A stretch of DNA of 63,602 nt, filler included. It is 7 parts of 7 records of this genome, joined end to end, with 100 filler letters (N's around TTAATTAATTAA, not from the genome) between each part and the next. Parts side by side here need not be neighbours in the genome. Positions count along the whole stretch, not along the records: positions 19,613 to 35,081 come from SRR20825006_3065; positions 35,182 to 41,320 come from SRR20825006_3066; positions 41,421 to 49,193 come from SRR20825006_3070; 4 more parts are not named here. One strand, 5' to 3'. The notes below the pieces were generated by a model, which saw only the letters and a program-made list of their open reading frames with translations, searched no databases and was not told the DNA's origin. Numbering within the stretch: position 1 is the stretch's first letter; each line of letters starts with the position of its first letter. Shown here piece after piece: positions 26,692 through 42,177 of this stretch. The position numbers and the translations under genes were made by a program.

Positions 26692-27345
26692 ATGACGGCC
26701 TCTCTTGATTGTTTGTATTCCTTTCGCCGTTGTCCCTATGCCATGCGGGCTCGGCTGGGGGTTCTGTTCGCGGGTTTGCAGGTTGAGCTGCGGGAGGTGA
26801 TCCTGAAAAACAAGCCCGCGCAGATGCTGGCGATAAGCCCTAAAGGCACCGTGCCGGTTTTGCAGCTTGCTGATGGTGCTGTGATTGAAGAAAGCCGGGA
26901 CATCATGGTGTGGGCGCTGGAGCAGCAGGATCCACAAGGGCTGTTAGACCCAACGGTCCGGGATCAAGGGAATGCGCTGATTGAGCAAAATGATAATGAG
27001 TTCAAGCATTGGCTGGATCGCTATAAGTACGCCGACCGCCATGTCGAGATGACTCAGGCAGAGTATCGGCAACGGGGGGAGGCTTTTCTTCAGGTTCTGG
27101 AGTCGTTGCTGGAGAGAAATGCTTACCTGCTTGGGGATAATCCGAGCATCGCGGATATTGGTATTATGCCCTTTGTCCGCCAATTCGCCCATGTGGATCG
27201 CGATGTGTTTAGCCAGCTGCCTTACCCGAATCTGCAGCGGTGGTTACAGGGCTGGTTGGCGCACCCGCTCTTTCTGCAAACCATGATCAAGGTGCCGGTA
27301 TGGCAGGAGGGCGATGAGGTGGTGGTTTTTCCAGCTCGGCCCTGA
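26692..27345 (+). CDS. Glutathione S-transferase family protein
   Basis: LYSFRRCPYAMRAR, SPKGTVPVL, ES and ADIGIMPFVRQF motifs. Confidence 0.9.
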   Translation: MTASLDCLYSFRRCPYAMRARLGVLFAGLQVELREVILKNKPAQMLAISPKGTVPVLQLADGAVIEESRDIMVWALEQQDPQGLLDPTVRDQGNALIEQNDNEFKHWLDRYKYADRHVEMTQAEYRQRGEAFLQVLESLLERNAYLLGDNPSIADIGIMPFVRQFAHVDRDVFSQLPYPNLQRWLQGWLAHPLFLQTMIKVPVWQEGDEVVVFPARP

Positions 27346-27494
27346 GTGATGCCCGGGACTGAGCCGGTCTCGCCCCATGCGTTAACCCGCTCGCAAAGGG
27401 CGCTACAACCGGCCTGCTTTCCCGACCGTACGCTATCAATACCCATGGACAGATCAGGTATACTCGCGGCTTTTATCTCGTTGGGTGATGTTTC

Positions 27495-28346
27495 ATGCAG
27501 GCCTCGTCTTCTTCCGTTCCCTCTTATGGCTGGCGCCAGCGTCTGACCGTTTGGCTTGAGTCCTCGTTATTCGCGAACAGCATTACCGGGCTGATTCTCT
27601 TGAACGCCATTATCCTCGGGGTGGAAACCTCCGCGGTGGCTCAGGAGCGGGCAGGGCAGTGGCTCACCCTGGTGAATCAGGTGATTCTGGTGGCGTTTAC
27701 GGCGGAGATCGCGCTCAAGCTGGTGGCTTTTGGCCCGCGTTTTTTCCGCTCCGGCTGGAATGTGTTTGATTTCCTGATCGTCGCCATTTCCCTGGCGCCC
27801 GCTTCCGGGCCACTGGCTATCTTGCGAAGTCTGCGCATCCTGCGGGTGCTGCGCCTGCTGTCATCGGTGAAGCGGCTGCGCATGTTGGTGGAATCCCTGA
27901 TGCAGGCGTTGCCCGGCATCGGCTGGACGGCGGCGTTGTTGCTGATGATGTTCTACATCTTTGCGGTGATGGGCACGGAGCTGTTCGGTGAGGCGTTTCC
28001 GCAGTGGTTCGGCACTCTGGGGGCCAGCATTTATAGCCTGTTCCAGATCATGACCCTGGAAAGCTGGTCCATGGGGATTGCCCGGCCGGTGATGGAGGTG
28101 TATCCCATGGCCTGGATCTTCTTTGTGCCCTTCATTTTGATTTCCAGCTTTATGGTGCTGAACCTGTTTATTGCCATCATTGTGAGCGCGACCCAGGAAG
28201 TGCACGAAAGCGAGCAGCGCGCCGAGCGGGAAGCCAACAATCTGATTGCCCACGACGAGCGCCAGGAAATGCTGGACCTGATGCGCACCATGCACGCAAA
28301 AATCGTGGCACTGGAAGCGGCCCAGCAGAACAAGGCCGATTCATAA
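27495..28346 (+). CDS. Bacterial voltage-gated sodium channel (BacNav/NaChBac family)
   Basis: 6 TM segments, S4 LRSLRILRVLRLL, selectivity filter TLESWSM, C-terminal coiled coil. Confidence 0.92.
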   Translation: MQASSSSVPSYGWRQRLTVWLESSLFANSITGLILLNAIILGVETSAVAQERAGQWLTLVNQVILVAFTAEIALKLVAFGPRFFRSGWNVFDFLIVAISLAPASGPLAILRSLRILRVLRLLSSVKRLRMLVESLMQALPGIGWTAALLLMMFYIFAVMGTELFGEAFPQWFGTLGASIYSLFQIMTLESWSMGIARPVMEVYPMAWIFFVPFILISSFMVLNLFIAIIVSATQEVHESEQRAEREANNLIAHDERQEMLDLMRTMHAKIVALEAAQQNKADS

Positions 28347-28477
28347 AGCCGCCTGTGGCGGCGCCAAGGCCGCCACTGAGTGCCAGGCCGATCTGCACCA
28401 TATAGCTACCTGGTCGAATCTCCCGCCCCGTTGCCTCATTGATTCCGGCTTGGCTTGCTAGCTCGTCTGCGCTTCCT

Positions 28478-29191
28478 TTACCGCATTCCAGCATCCTGAA
28501 AAGGTGATGACGAGGTAATGTTCGAAGCATTGAGCTGTTCCACAATCTTCTTGAGCTTGTGGCGCTGTCTCATGGAGGTGAGCTGTTTGGTGTCCCAGGA
28601 GGCGGGGCTGAGAGAGAATTCGCTGGCGTTGTAGGCCAGATCGAAGCCGCGCTCGGCGCCGATGGGTTTGTTCTCGGGGCCATAGATGCCGATGAGCCGC
28701 AGGGTGAGGTGGGTGAACTCGAGATCGCCTTCGGGCCTGTGCCCGTCCATCTTGATGCCCTCACAGCGGGCGATGCGCTCAACCAATTCCTTGAACGTGC
28801 CGATATGAGAGAAACCGCCCGGCTTAATCGGGCCCTGGCGTGTGTTCTCCGACACATTCACTGTGCCTGAAGCGAGATTGTGTCTTTCCGGGTTTTCGTC
28901 GCCCTTGTTGTACTCCTGTTCGAAATCCGTCACATCCATGGTGATGGTGCCCTGCGAGGTATGGAGTTCGGCGATGATGTATTGCACGAAAACGGATTCA
29001 GCGCTCATGTTGCTGATCAGGCAGAGCGCATTGATGTCCTTGTTGCGCCCACGGTTAATGATCAGGCGCGGGCTGCGTTGCCGGCGAAAACCCAAATAGA
29101 GCAGTTGCGCGTAAACGATCCAGATAACCAGTGAGCTGAAACTGGCGACGACAGAAAGGATTTTTTGATGCTGTGCAATCCAGTCAAGCAT
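28478..29191 (-). CDS. Hypothetical protein with N-terminal TM helix
   Basis: 237-aa ORF, AGGAGG Shine-Dalgarno, hydrophobic residues ~11-34; no family recognised. Confidence 0.7.
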   Translation of the reverse strand: MLDWIAQHQKILSVVASFSSLVIWIVYAQLLYLGFRRQRSPRLIINRGRNKDINALCLISNMSAESVFVQYIIAELHTSQGTITMDVTDFEQEYNKGDENPERHNLASGTVNVSENTRQGPIKPGGFSHIGTFKELVERIARCEGIKMDGHRPEGDLEFTHLTLRLIGIYGPENKPIGAERGFDLAYNASEFSLSPASWDTKQLTSMRQRHKLKKIVEQLNASNITSSSPFQDAGMR

Positions 29192-29414
29192 GAAGGCTTC
29201 CTCCTTGATGCAGGCTGATCGCGCGTTGCCGTCTTGCCCTCTGGAGTGGAGAAAGCAGCGCTCACGCGGCGGTGAGTACGCGACTTGAATGACGCTCTGT
29301 TATCGGCGGCGCTTCAGCCTGTTCTGGTGACAGAACCGTTACTGTACCGAAGGCACGGTGGGGGAGACGAGGGGCAGAGAGGCCCGGTTATGCAGAACAG
29401 GCCAGTCTGGTGTT

Positions 29415-29453
29415 AAAAAAAGAAAAACCCCGGCGGGTAAGCCGGGGTTTTTT
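29415..29453. terminator. Intrinsic (bidirectional) terminator downstream of fadA
   Basis: AAAAACCCCGGC-GGGTAA-GCCGGGGTTTTT with A/T tracts on both sides. Confidence 0.85.
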
Positions 29454-29565
29454 GTTTCCAGTCCTGCCCTTGTGAGGCGGGCCGGAAATAGGGTGCCGGG
29501 CCTGAGCGCCGGAGCACGTCCGGCGTCAGGCTTTGGGCATCAGGCGTTTATCAAACCCGTTCGGT

Positions 29566-32915
<3,350 letters not shown>

Positions 32916-33252
32916 AGCTTCTGCTCTCCAGTCCCAAAGTACGCGGTTTAAATGACCGCTTTGGTGTGCCCCAAGCCCCGAAATCCGGGGTGGGCGCGTT
33001 GTTTATATGGCATTCATGTGAGTGTTTGCTTACATAAACAACGAAACTCGTAGGCCCGCAAGTATAGGGAAGCGGGATGACTTTTTTAGCCCTAATTTGT
33101 GACTATCTGGTCGGGTTGGCGATTGCGGGGTGCTGTATGGCGAAAATTTCATCACTTGCTCCCTGTGTTCGTGCTGTTCGGGCGAGGCCGTGGCAGACTG
33201 CCGGGCTTGAGTTCCTACAAAAACTCACGCCCCCAAGTCACCGAGCACTGTC

Positions 33253-34977
33253 ATGCCCATGGACAAACCCAGCTTGCCCACGATCACCCGCCGGCCGCAG
33301 CACACGCCAGACTGGCCTGATGTGCCGCCCATGCTGGCGCGGATTCTGGCCGGGCGGGGGGTGACCGATCCGGCCCAGCTGAACCTGGGCCTGAAACGTC
33401 TGCCCCATCCCGAGCAGTTCACTGGTTTGCGTGGGGCTGTGGCGTTGCTTTTACAAGGGCGAACGGACAATTGGCGTATTTGTATTGTGGGTGACTACGA
33501 CGCAGATGGCGCCACGGCCACCACCTTGATGGTGCGTGGTCTGGAGCGGTTGGGCTATGTCCGGCCGGATTTCCTGGTGCCAGACCGCTTTGAATACGGC
33601 TATGGATTGTCGCCGGCCATCGTGGACCTGGCCAAAGAACTGTATGACCCGGACCTGATCATCACCGTGGACAACGGCATCGCCAGTGTGGATGGCGTGG
33701 CTGCTGCGCGGGCCCAGGGAATGCGTGTGCTGATTACCGATCATCATTTACCTGGTGACACGCTGCCGGAAGCGGATGCGCTGGTGAACCCGCGCCTGCC
33801 CGGTTGTGAGGATTTCCCCGCCACGAATTTGGCGGGGGTCGGAGTGGCATTTTATCTGTTGATGGATCTGCAGCGGGCGCTGCGCGAGCAGGGCGTTAGT
33901 GCCAGCGCCCCGATTACCGACCTGCTGGATCTGGTGGCGCTGGGCACGGTGGCCGATGTGGTGGTGCTGGACGATGCCAATCGGGTGTTGGTGGAGCAGG
34001 GCCTGAGGCGGATTCGTGCGGGTAAGGGTTGCCCGGGCATCCGCGCGTTGCTGCAAGTGGCCGGGCGCGATCCCAGCCGGGTCTTGGCGGCGGATATGGG
34101 CTTCGCAGTGGGGCCTCGCCTGAACGCAGCGGGGCGGCTCACCGATATGACCCAGGGCATCGCCTGCCTGCTGGCGGAAACCGATGCTGAAGCCACCGAG
34201 ATGGCCCAGGACCTGGACACCATCAACCGCGAGCGCCGCTCTATCGAGCACGGCATGCGCGATGCGGCTATGGAAGAGGTGGCCCGGCTGGATGCAGACA
34301 GCCTGCCCGCGGGCCTGTGCCTGTATGGCAAGGAGTGGCACGAAGGCGTGGTGGGGATTCTCGCCTCGCGAGTAAAAGAAGCGATTCATCGGCCGGTGAT
34401 TGCCTTTGCTCCGGCCCAGCAGCGCGGCCAATTGAAAGGCTCGGGCCGGTCGATTCCCGGTTTGCACCTGCGCGATGCGCTGGACGCGGTGGCCACAGCG
34501 AACCCCGGGCTGCTGAGCAAATTCGGTGGCCACGCCATGGCGGCGGGCCTGTCGCTGGAGCTGGAGAAGCTTGACGCCTTCAAGGCGGCCTTTGAAAAAG
34601 CGGTGGGTGAGCTGCTGTCTCCAAAAGCGCTGGAGCGCGTCGTGGAAACCGACGGTGAGCTGGAGGATCACGAGCTATCGCTGACGAATGCAGAATTGCT
34701 CAGCCACCGCTTCCCTTGGGGGCAGGGGTTCCCTGCCCCCAGTTTCGATGGCGAATTCGAGGTGCTAAAGCACCGCATCGTCGGCGAGCGCCACCTGAAA
34801 CTAACGCTTGGCTTGCCGGGCGTCAGCGGGGTGATTGATGCCATTCATTTCAATGTGGCGGTGGAAGCGCTGCCCAGCCGGATCAACAAGGTGCGCGGAG
34901 TCTATCGCCTGGAGGTCAATGAATTCCGTGGCCAGCGCAATCCCCAGCTGCTATTCGAGCATTTGATTCCGCTTTGA
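33253..34977 (+). CDS. recJ: Single-stranded-DNA exonuclease RecJ
   Basis: GDYDADG, TVDNG, TDHH, GTVAD, PRLNAAGR and GGHAMAAG motifs. Confidence 0.96.
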   Translation: MPMDKPSLPTITRRPQHTPDWPDVPPMLARILAGRGVTDPAQLNLGLKRLPHPEQFTGLRGAVALLLQGRTDNWRICIVGDYDADGATATTLMVRGLERLGYVRPDFLVPDRFEYGYGLSPAIVDLAKELYDPDLIITVDNGIASVDGVAAARAQGMRVLITDHHLPGDTLPEADALVNPRLPGCEDFPATNLAGVGVAFYLLMDLQRALREQGVSASAPITDLLDLVALGTVADVVVLDDANRVLVEQGLRRIRAGKGCPGIRALLQVAGRDPSRVLAADMGFAVGPRLNAAGRLTDMTQGIACLLAETDAEATEMAQDLDTINRERRSIEHGMRDAAMEEVARLDADSLPAGLCLYGKEWHEGVVGILASRVKEAIHRPVIAFAPAQQRGQLKGSGRSIPGLHLRDALDAVATANPGLLSKFGGHAMAAGLSLELEKLDAFKAAFEKAVGELLSPKALERVVETDGELEDHELSLTNAELLSHRFPWGQGFPAPSFDGEFEVLKHRIVGERHLKLTLGLPGVSGVIDAIHFNVAVEALPSRINKVRGVYRLEVNEFRGQRNPQLLFEHLIPL

Positions 34978-34998
34978 TTGGCCCGATGGGGTGGGGAT

Positions 34999-35081
34999 GT
35001 CGGATTACGGCTACGCCTAATCTGACCTACAAAACCCGCCCCCCTTGGCGGTGTAGGTTGAATTAGCCTGAAAGGCGTAAT
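34999..35081. repeat. Divergent GTAG-REP doublet (REPIN-like), second copy truncated by contig end
   Basis: Minus strand GTAGGTCAGATTAGGCGTAGCCGTAATCCGAC (34999-35030) and plus strand GTAGGTTGAATTAGCCTGAAAGGCGTAAT (35053-35081). Confidence 0.75.
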
Positions 35082-35181
35082 NNNNNNNNNNNNNNNNNNN
35101 NNNNNNNNNNNNNNNNNNNNNNNNNTTAATTAATTAANNNNNNNNNNNNNNNNNNNNNNNNNNNNNNNNNNNNNNNNNNNN
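35082..35181. other. Artificial spacer
   Basis: N-run / TTAATTAATTAA / N-run. Confidence 0.99.
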
Positions 35182-37281
<2,100 letters not shown>

Positions 37282-37345
37282 TCACACCGCCCGGCAAACG
37301 CCCATTTTGCGAGTTCCTTCGCGCGTGCAACATGGAGCAACCCGC

Positions 37346-37921
37346 ATGCTGATCCGTACCATCGCCCTCGCCACCACCCTTGCCCTGTCCCCCGTCGCCG
37401 CGTTCGCCGACTGGCAGATCGACCCCTCCCACACCGCCGTCGTCTTCGAGATCGAGCACTTCGGCTACTCCGACGTCACAGGCGTCTTCCCGGTGATCGG
37501 GGCCCAGATCGACAACTTCGATCCGGAGAATCTCGACACCGCCAAGTTCACCGTCACGCTCGACGCCACCGCGATCACCACGTTCTGGGATGCGCGTGAC
37601 ACCCACATCAAGGGCCCCGACTTCCTCGACGTCGAGACGTTTCCGGAGATCGCTTTCGTCTCAACCTCGGTGAAGACCACCGGCGACGGCACCGCCGACG
37701 TGACCGGCGACCTGACCATCAAGGACGTGACCAAGCCGGCCACCTTCAAGGCCACCGTCAACAAGATCGGCGAGAGCCCCGTCATGCCTGGCACCAATGT
37801 CGCCGGCTTCACGCTGACCGGCGAGATCGACCGCACCGCGTTCGGGGTGGATGCCTACGCCCCGGCCATTGGCGCGGTCATGCCGGTGACCATCAACGTC
37901 GAGCTGAACGACAAGAACTGA
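37346..37921 (+). CDS. YceI-family periplasmic lipid/polyisoprenoid-binding protein
   Basis: Signal peptide; WQIDPSHT, RDTH, GDLTIKDVTK and IDRTAFG motifs. Confidence 0.9.
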   Translation: MLIRTIALATTLALSPVAAFADWQIDPSHTAVVFEIEHFGYSDVTGVFPVIGAQIDNFDPENLDTAKFTVTLDATAITTFWDARDTHIKGPDFLDVETFPEIAFVSTSVKTTGDGTADVTGDLTIKDVTKPATFKATVNKIGESPVMPGTNVAGFTLTGEIDRTAFGVDAYAPAIGAVMPVTINVELNDKN

Positions 37922-38059
37922 ACCCTGGCTGATCCTCCCGTCCGGGCCGCCCGGCCCGGGCGGGGGATGCGCCGTGCACCTCCCGATCCCGACCCTTGCT
38001 GGCGCGGGGCGATGATCGCCGCCGGGTCGCGCTGCGACCGCGGCCAACGGACATTTCTC

Positions 38060-38632
38060 ATGCAGACGAAGAACACAAGCCAGAGCTGGGGTTGGCCGGC
38101 CCGCGCGCTGCACTGGTCGATCGCCGCGATCATCCTCTTCCAGCTGGCGCTCGGCCTCTACATGAGCGATTTCGTGCCCGACCTGTCGGAACAGTTCAAG
38201 CTGTTCCAGCTGCACAAGAGCTGGGGCTTCGTCGTGTTCTGCCTTGCCGTCGTGCGCGTCGCCTGGCGTCTCGCGAACCGCCGCAGCCCCGCCCTGCCGG
38301 ACACCATGCCGCGCTGGCAGCGGGTCGCCTCCCACGCCAGCCACGGGCTCCTCTACCTGCTGATCCTGGTGATGCCGCTGTCGGGCTGGGTGATGTCCGC
38401 CGCCTCGCCCACCCAGGAGTTCCTCGGCATCCAGAACATGGTCTTCGGCGTGTTCGCCATGCCCGACCCGTGGGTCCCCGGCGTGCGCTGGATCGCCGAT
38501 CTGGCCAAGGAGATCCACGAACTGAGCGCCTGGGCGATGATCGCCATCCTCGCCGTCCACGTGGCCGCCGCCCTCAAGCACCACCTGCTCGACCGGGACG
38601 CCATCCTCCGGCGGATGACCTGGGGCGCGTGA
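38060..38632 (+). CDS. Cytochrome b561 (YceJ-like)
   Basis: LHW, HKSWG, H..LY, PLSG, HE and HVAAALKHH heme-histidine pattern. Confidence 0.9.
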   Translation: MQTKNTSQSWGWPARALHWSIAAIILFQLALGLYMSDFVPDLSEQFKLFQLHKSWGFVVFCLAVVRVAWRLANRRSPALPDTMPRWQRVASHASHGLLYLLILVMPLSGWVMSAASPTQEFLGIQNMVFGVFAMPDPWVPGVRWIADLAKEIHELSAWAMIAILAVHVAAALKHHLLDRDAILRRMTWGA

Positions 38633-38660
38633 GCGTCTCCGGTCGCGGTGCCGGCAGCCG

Positions 38661-40328
38661 CTAGCTTCCGGCACCCATCAGCTTGGATGCGGCGGCCCGC
38701 GCCTCGTCGGAGATCGTCGCGCCCGACAGCATCCGCGCGATCTCTTCCAGCCGGTGCGGTCCCTCGATCAGCCGGACGCGCGTCGCCACCTGGTCGGTGG
38801 CCAGCGGCTCCTTGGCAATGAGCATGTGGTCCGCGGCCCGCGCGGCAACCTGCGGCGCGTGGGTGACGGTCAGCACCTGCACCGTCTCTGAAAGCCGGGC
38901 CAGCCGCTTGCCAATGGCTTCCGATACGGCGCCGCCCACGCCGGAATCGATCTCGTCGAACACCAGCGTCGGCGCCGAGCCGCGTCCGGCAAGCGACACC
39001 TTCAGCGCCAGCAGGAAGCGGGACAGTTCGCCGCCCGAGGCGACCTTCATCATCGGGCCCGGTCGCGTGCCCGGGTTGGTCCGCACCCAGAATTCGATCT
39101 GGTCGATGCCGTCGGCGCCGCCGCCCTCGTCGCCGGTCTCGATCCGCACCTCGAAGGCCGCCCGCTCGAGCTTCAGCGACGGCAGTTCGTCGGCCACCGC
39201 CGCCTCCAGCGTCCGGGCGGTCGCCGCCCGCGCCTCCGACAGGTGCTGCGCGGCGGCGCGATAGGTCGCCACCGCCGTCTCGACGGCCTTCGCCAACCCC
39301 GCCAGGCGCTCCTCGCCGGCATCCAGGTCGGCCAGATCCGCCGACATGCGGTCGCGCAGCGCCGGCAGTTCGTCCACCTGCACCTGGTACTTCCGCGCCG
39401 CGGCGCGCAGCGCGAACAGCCGCTCCTCGGTGGCCTCCAGGACGCGCGGATCGAAATCGGTCCGGGCGATCGCGTCCTGCAGCGCGGCGCGCGCCTCCTC
39501 CAGGTCGTCCAGGGCGCGGCCCAGCGCGTCCGCCGGCACCTGCAGGATGTCCGGGGCGCTCTCCGCCTTGCGCGAAAGCCGCCGCATCAGGCTCGACAGC
39601 GTCGGGATCGGCGACGCCGGTCCGTCCAGCTCGGCGAAGGCCTCGGTCAGGTCTCCGGCGACCTTTTCCACCTGCATCATCTGCTGGCGGCGGTCGGCCA
39701 GCAGCGTCTCCTCGCCCGGCTCGGGTTCCAGCGCCACCAGCTCGGTCACCGCGCTGCGCAGGAAATCGGCCTCGCGCCTGGCCGCCTCGATGCGGCTCTC
39801 GTGGTCGGCAAGGGCCCGTTCGGCCTCGCGGCGCGCCTGCCACGCGGCCCGCACCGTGCGCACGTCGGCGGCAAGCCCGCCGAACGCATCCACCAGATCG
39901 CGATGGATGGCCGGGTCGATCAGCGCCCGGTCGGCGTGCTGGCCGTGGATCTCCACCAGCGCCCCGCCGATCTCCTTCAAAAGACCGACGCTCACCGGCT
40001 GATCGTTGACGAAGGCCTTCGAGCGGCCGTCGGCCGACTGCACCCGGCGCAGGATGAGGTCGCCGTCGGTGTCGATGCCGTTCTCCTCCAGCCGCGCCAA
40101 AACCGGATGCACCGGCCCGACGTCGAACACGGCCGTCACCTGCCCCTGGGCGCAGCCGTGGCGAACCAGCGCGGCGTCGCCGCGCGCGCCCAGCGTCAGG
40201 GAGAGGGAATCGAGCAGGATCGACTTGCCGGCGCCGGTCTCGCCGGTGAGCACGGTCAGGCCCTCGGAGAAATCGAGGTCCAGCCGGTCGATGAGAACGA
40301 TGTCGCGGATCGAGAGGCGCGTCAGCAT
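38661..40328 (-). CDS. recN: DNA repair protein RecN
   Basis: TGETGAGKS, EIHGQH, ASGGELSR, FDEIDSG and VTHAPQVA motifs. Confidence 0.96.
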   Translation of the reverse strand: MLTRLSIRDIVLIDRLDLDFSEGLTVLTGETGAGKSILLDSLSLTLGARGDAALVRHGCAQGQVTAVFDVGPVHPVLARLEENGIDTDGDLILRRVQSADGRSKAFVNDQPVSVGLLKEIGGALVEIHGQHADRALIDPAIHRDLVDAFGGLAADVRTVRAAWQARREAERALADHESRIEAARREADFLRSAVTELVALEPEPGEETLLADRRQQMMQVEKVAGDLTEAFAELDGPASPIPTLSSLMRRLSRKAESAPDILQVPADALGRALDDLEEARAALQDAIARTDFDPRVLEATEERLFALRAAARKYQVQVDELPALRDRMSADLADLDAGEERLAGLAKAVETAVATYRAAAQHLSEARAATARTLEAAVADELPSLKLERAAFEVRIETGDEGGGADGIDQIEFWVRTNPGTRPGPMMKVASGGELSRFLLALKVSLAGRGSAPTLVFDEIDSGVGGAVSEAIGKRLARLSETVQVLTVTHAPQVAARAADHMLIAKEPLATDQVATRVRLIEGPHRLEEIARMLSGATISDEARAAASKLMGAGS

Positions 40329-40496
40329 GTCGATGCACCGGCCACTAGAGCATGTCCCGTCCGGCCGGGCACGGCCGCCACGGGTCGGCAACGCCCGAAC
40401 GACCGGATCGTGGCCGTCATTGCCGCACGTCGCGCCGCGGCGGGCAGCCGGCACCCGCCGGGAACCGCCCCGGCGGCGGCGCCCGCGGTCGTCAGG

Positions 40497-41309
40497 TCAG
40501 AGGAGCTTGATGCCCTCGAAGGCGCGGCTGATCCAGCTCTGCTTGTTCTCGCTCGGCTCATACCCGCCCGTCTTCAGGAGAGAATAGGCATCCTTGTACC
40601 ACCGCGAGTCCGGGAAATTGTGTCCGAGAACCGCGGCAGCCGTCTGCGCTTCGGGAACGATTCCAATAGCATAGTAGGCTTCGGTCAGCCGGAACAGCGC
40701 CTCTTCGATGTGACGCGTCTGCTGGTACTGCTCGACCACCACGCGGAAGCGGTTGATGGCGGCAAGGTAGTCCTTCCGCTCCAGATAGTAGCGGCCGATC
40801 TCCATGTCCTTGCCGGCAAGCTGATCACGGGTGACCTGGATCTTGTGGCGCGCGTCGGCGGCGTATTCGGAGTCGGGATAGTTGCGCACCAGTTCGTCCA
40901 TGGCGGCGAGCGCGCGCTGGGTCATCGCCTGGTCGCGGCTGATCTCCGGGATCTGGCGGAAATAGGAATTGCCGATGATGTACTGGGCGTACGGCGCGTC
41001 CTCGTGGCCCGGATAGAGCGCCAGGAAGCGCTGGGCAGAGTTGATCGCCTCTTCATACTGGCCGCGCTGGTAGCTTGCGTAGGCCAGCATCACCATCGAT
41101 TTGCGGGCATATTCGGAATAGGGATGCAGCCGGTCGACTTCCTGCAGCTTGACCATTGCCTGCTTGTAGTCGCCGTCGTTCAGGAGAACGAGCGCTTCGT
41201 TGTAGAGCTGGTCGGCCGGCACGTCCTGGAACGCCAGCTTGTCGGCGTCGTTGGACGAACACCCGACCAGCATCAACACGGCAATCACGGCAAAGATGCT
41301 ACGCTTCAT
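40497..41309 (-). CDS. bamD: Outer membrane assembly lipoprotein BamD
   Basis: Lipobox LVGC, TPR repeats, RDQ, IGRYY and AAINRF motifs; upstream of recN. The start may lie beyond the fragment edge. Confidence 0.93.
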   Translation of the reverse strand: MKRSIFAVIAVLMLVGCSSNDADKLAFQDVPADQLYNEALVLLNDGDYKQAMVKLQEVDRLHPYSEYARKSMVMLAYASYQRGQYEEAINSAQRFLALYPGHEDAPYAQYIIGNSYFRQIPEISRDQAMTQRALAAMDELVRNYPDSEYAADARHKIQVTRDQLAGKDMEIGRYYLERKDYLAAINRFRVVVEQYQQTRHIEEALFRLTEAYYAIGIVPEAQTAAAVLGHNFPDSRWYKDAYSLLKTGGYEPSENKQSWISRAFEGIKLL

Positions 41310-41320
41310 CAGCCGAAAAC

Positions 41321-41420
41321 NNNNNNNNNNNNNNNNNNNNNNNNNNNNNNNNNNNNNNNNNNNNTTAATTAATTAANNNNNNNNNNNNNNNNNNNNNNNN
41401 NNNNNNNNNNNNNNNNNNNN
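41321..41420. other. Artificial spacer
   Basis: N-run / TTAATTAATTAA / N-run. Confidence 0.99.
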
Positions 41421-41973
41421 GACCTATATCGACTGTCGCAAGCTGATCTCTTACCCGCGCATTCGCTCGACCTTGATGGATTTCCTCTCGGTTTCCGTCA
41501 TGCGCGAGGCCGGATTTGAGGCGTTTGACAATATCGCGGGCGGCGAAACGGCGGGCATTCCCTTTGCCGCGATGGTGGCCGAACGTTTGGCCCTGCCGAT
41601 GACCTATGTGCGCAAAAAGCCCAAAGGCTATGGCCGCAATGCCCGGATCGAAGGGCAAATGTCCGAAGGCGAACGGGTGTTGTTGGTCGAGGATTTGACC
41701 ACAGATGGCGGATCGAAATTGTCTTTCGTGGATGCAATCCGCGAGACGGGCGCGACTTGCGGCTGGACGGCGGTGATTTTTTACTACGGGATTTTCCCGG
41801 AGACGGAAAAGACGCTGGGCGATCATGGCGTGAAGCTCATCAGCCTGTGTACATGGTGGGATGTTTTGGCCGAAGCCAAACGCCAACGCGCCTTTGACGC
41901 AGAAACGCTCGCAGAGGTGGAGAAATTCCTCAACGCCCCGCGCGAGTGGCAAGAGGCCAATAAAAAGGCATAA
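41421..41973 (+). CDS. pyrE: Orotate phosphoribosyltransferase, 5'-truncated
   Basis: [19 protein letters not shown] and PRPP motif [11 protein letters not shown]. Confidence 0.93.
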
Positions 41974-42002
41974 AGCGGCGAAAATCCGCGCCCGAAATTT
42001 GT

Positions 42003-42030
42003 GCGTCGCCCTTCGGGGCGGCGTTTTTCT
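42003..42030 (+). terminator. Intrinsic terminator after pyrE
   Basis: GCGTCGCCC-TTCG-GGGCGGCG followed by TTTTTCTTT. Confidence 0.75.
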
Positions 42031-42074
42031 TTGTAAACAGCCGAGTTAGCTCGCCAAGTGCATCTGTGACCCAG

Positions 42075-42083
42075 TTATCCACA
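42075..42083 (+). promoter_or_regulatory. Consensus DnaA box
   Basis: TTATCCACA about 95 bp upstream of dnaB. Confidence 0.6.
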
Positions 42084-42177
42084 CGTTATACATTTTGAAA
42101 CCCGGCGCGCGGGCGGCTATGAAATCCAAACCCGCGAGCAACACGCGACTCGCAGGATCATAAAGAGGGCCAGCCGG

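Noticed and set aside
38353-40338. 661-aa Arg/Gly/Pro-rich ORF overlapping recN
   Set aside because: Alternative frame of a GC-rich gene with low-complexity composition.
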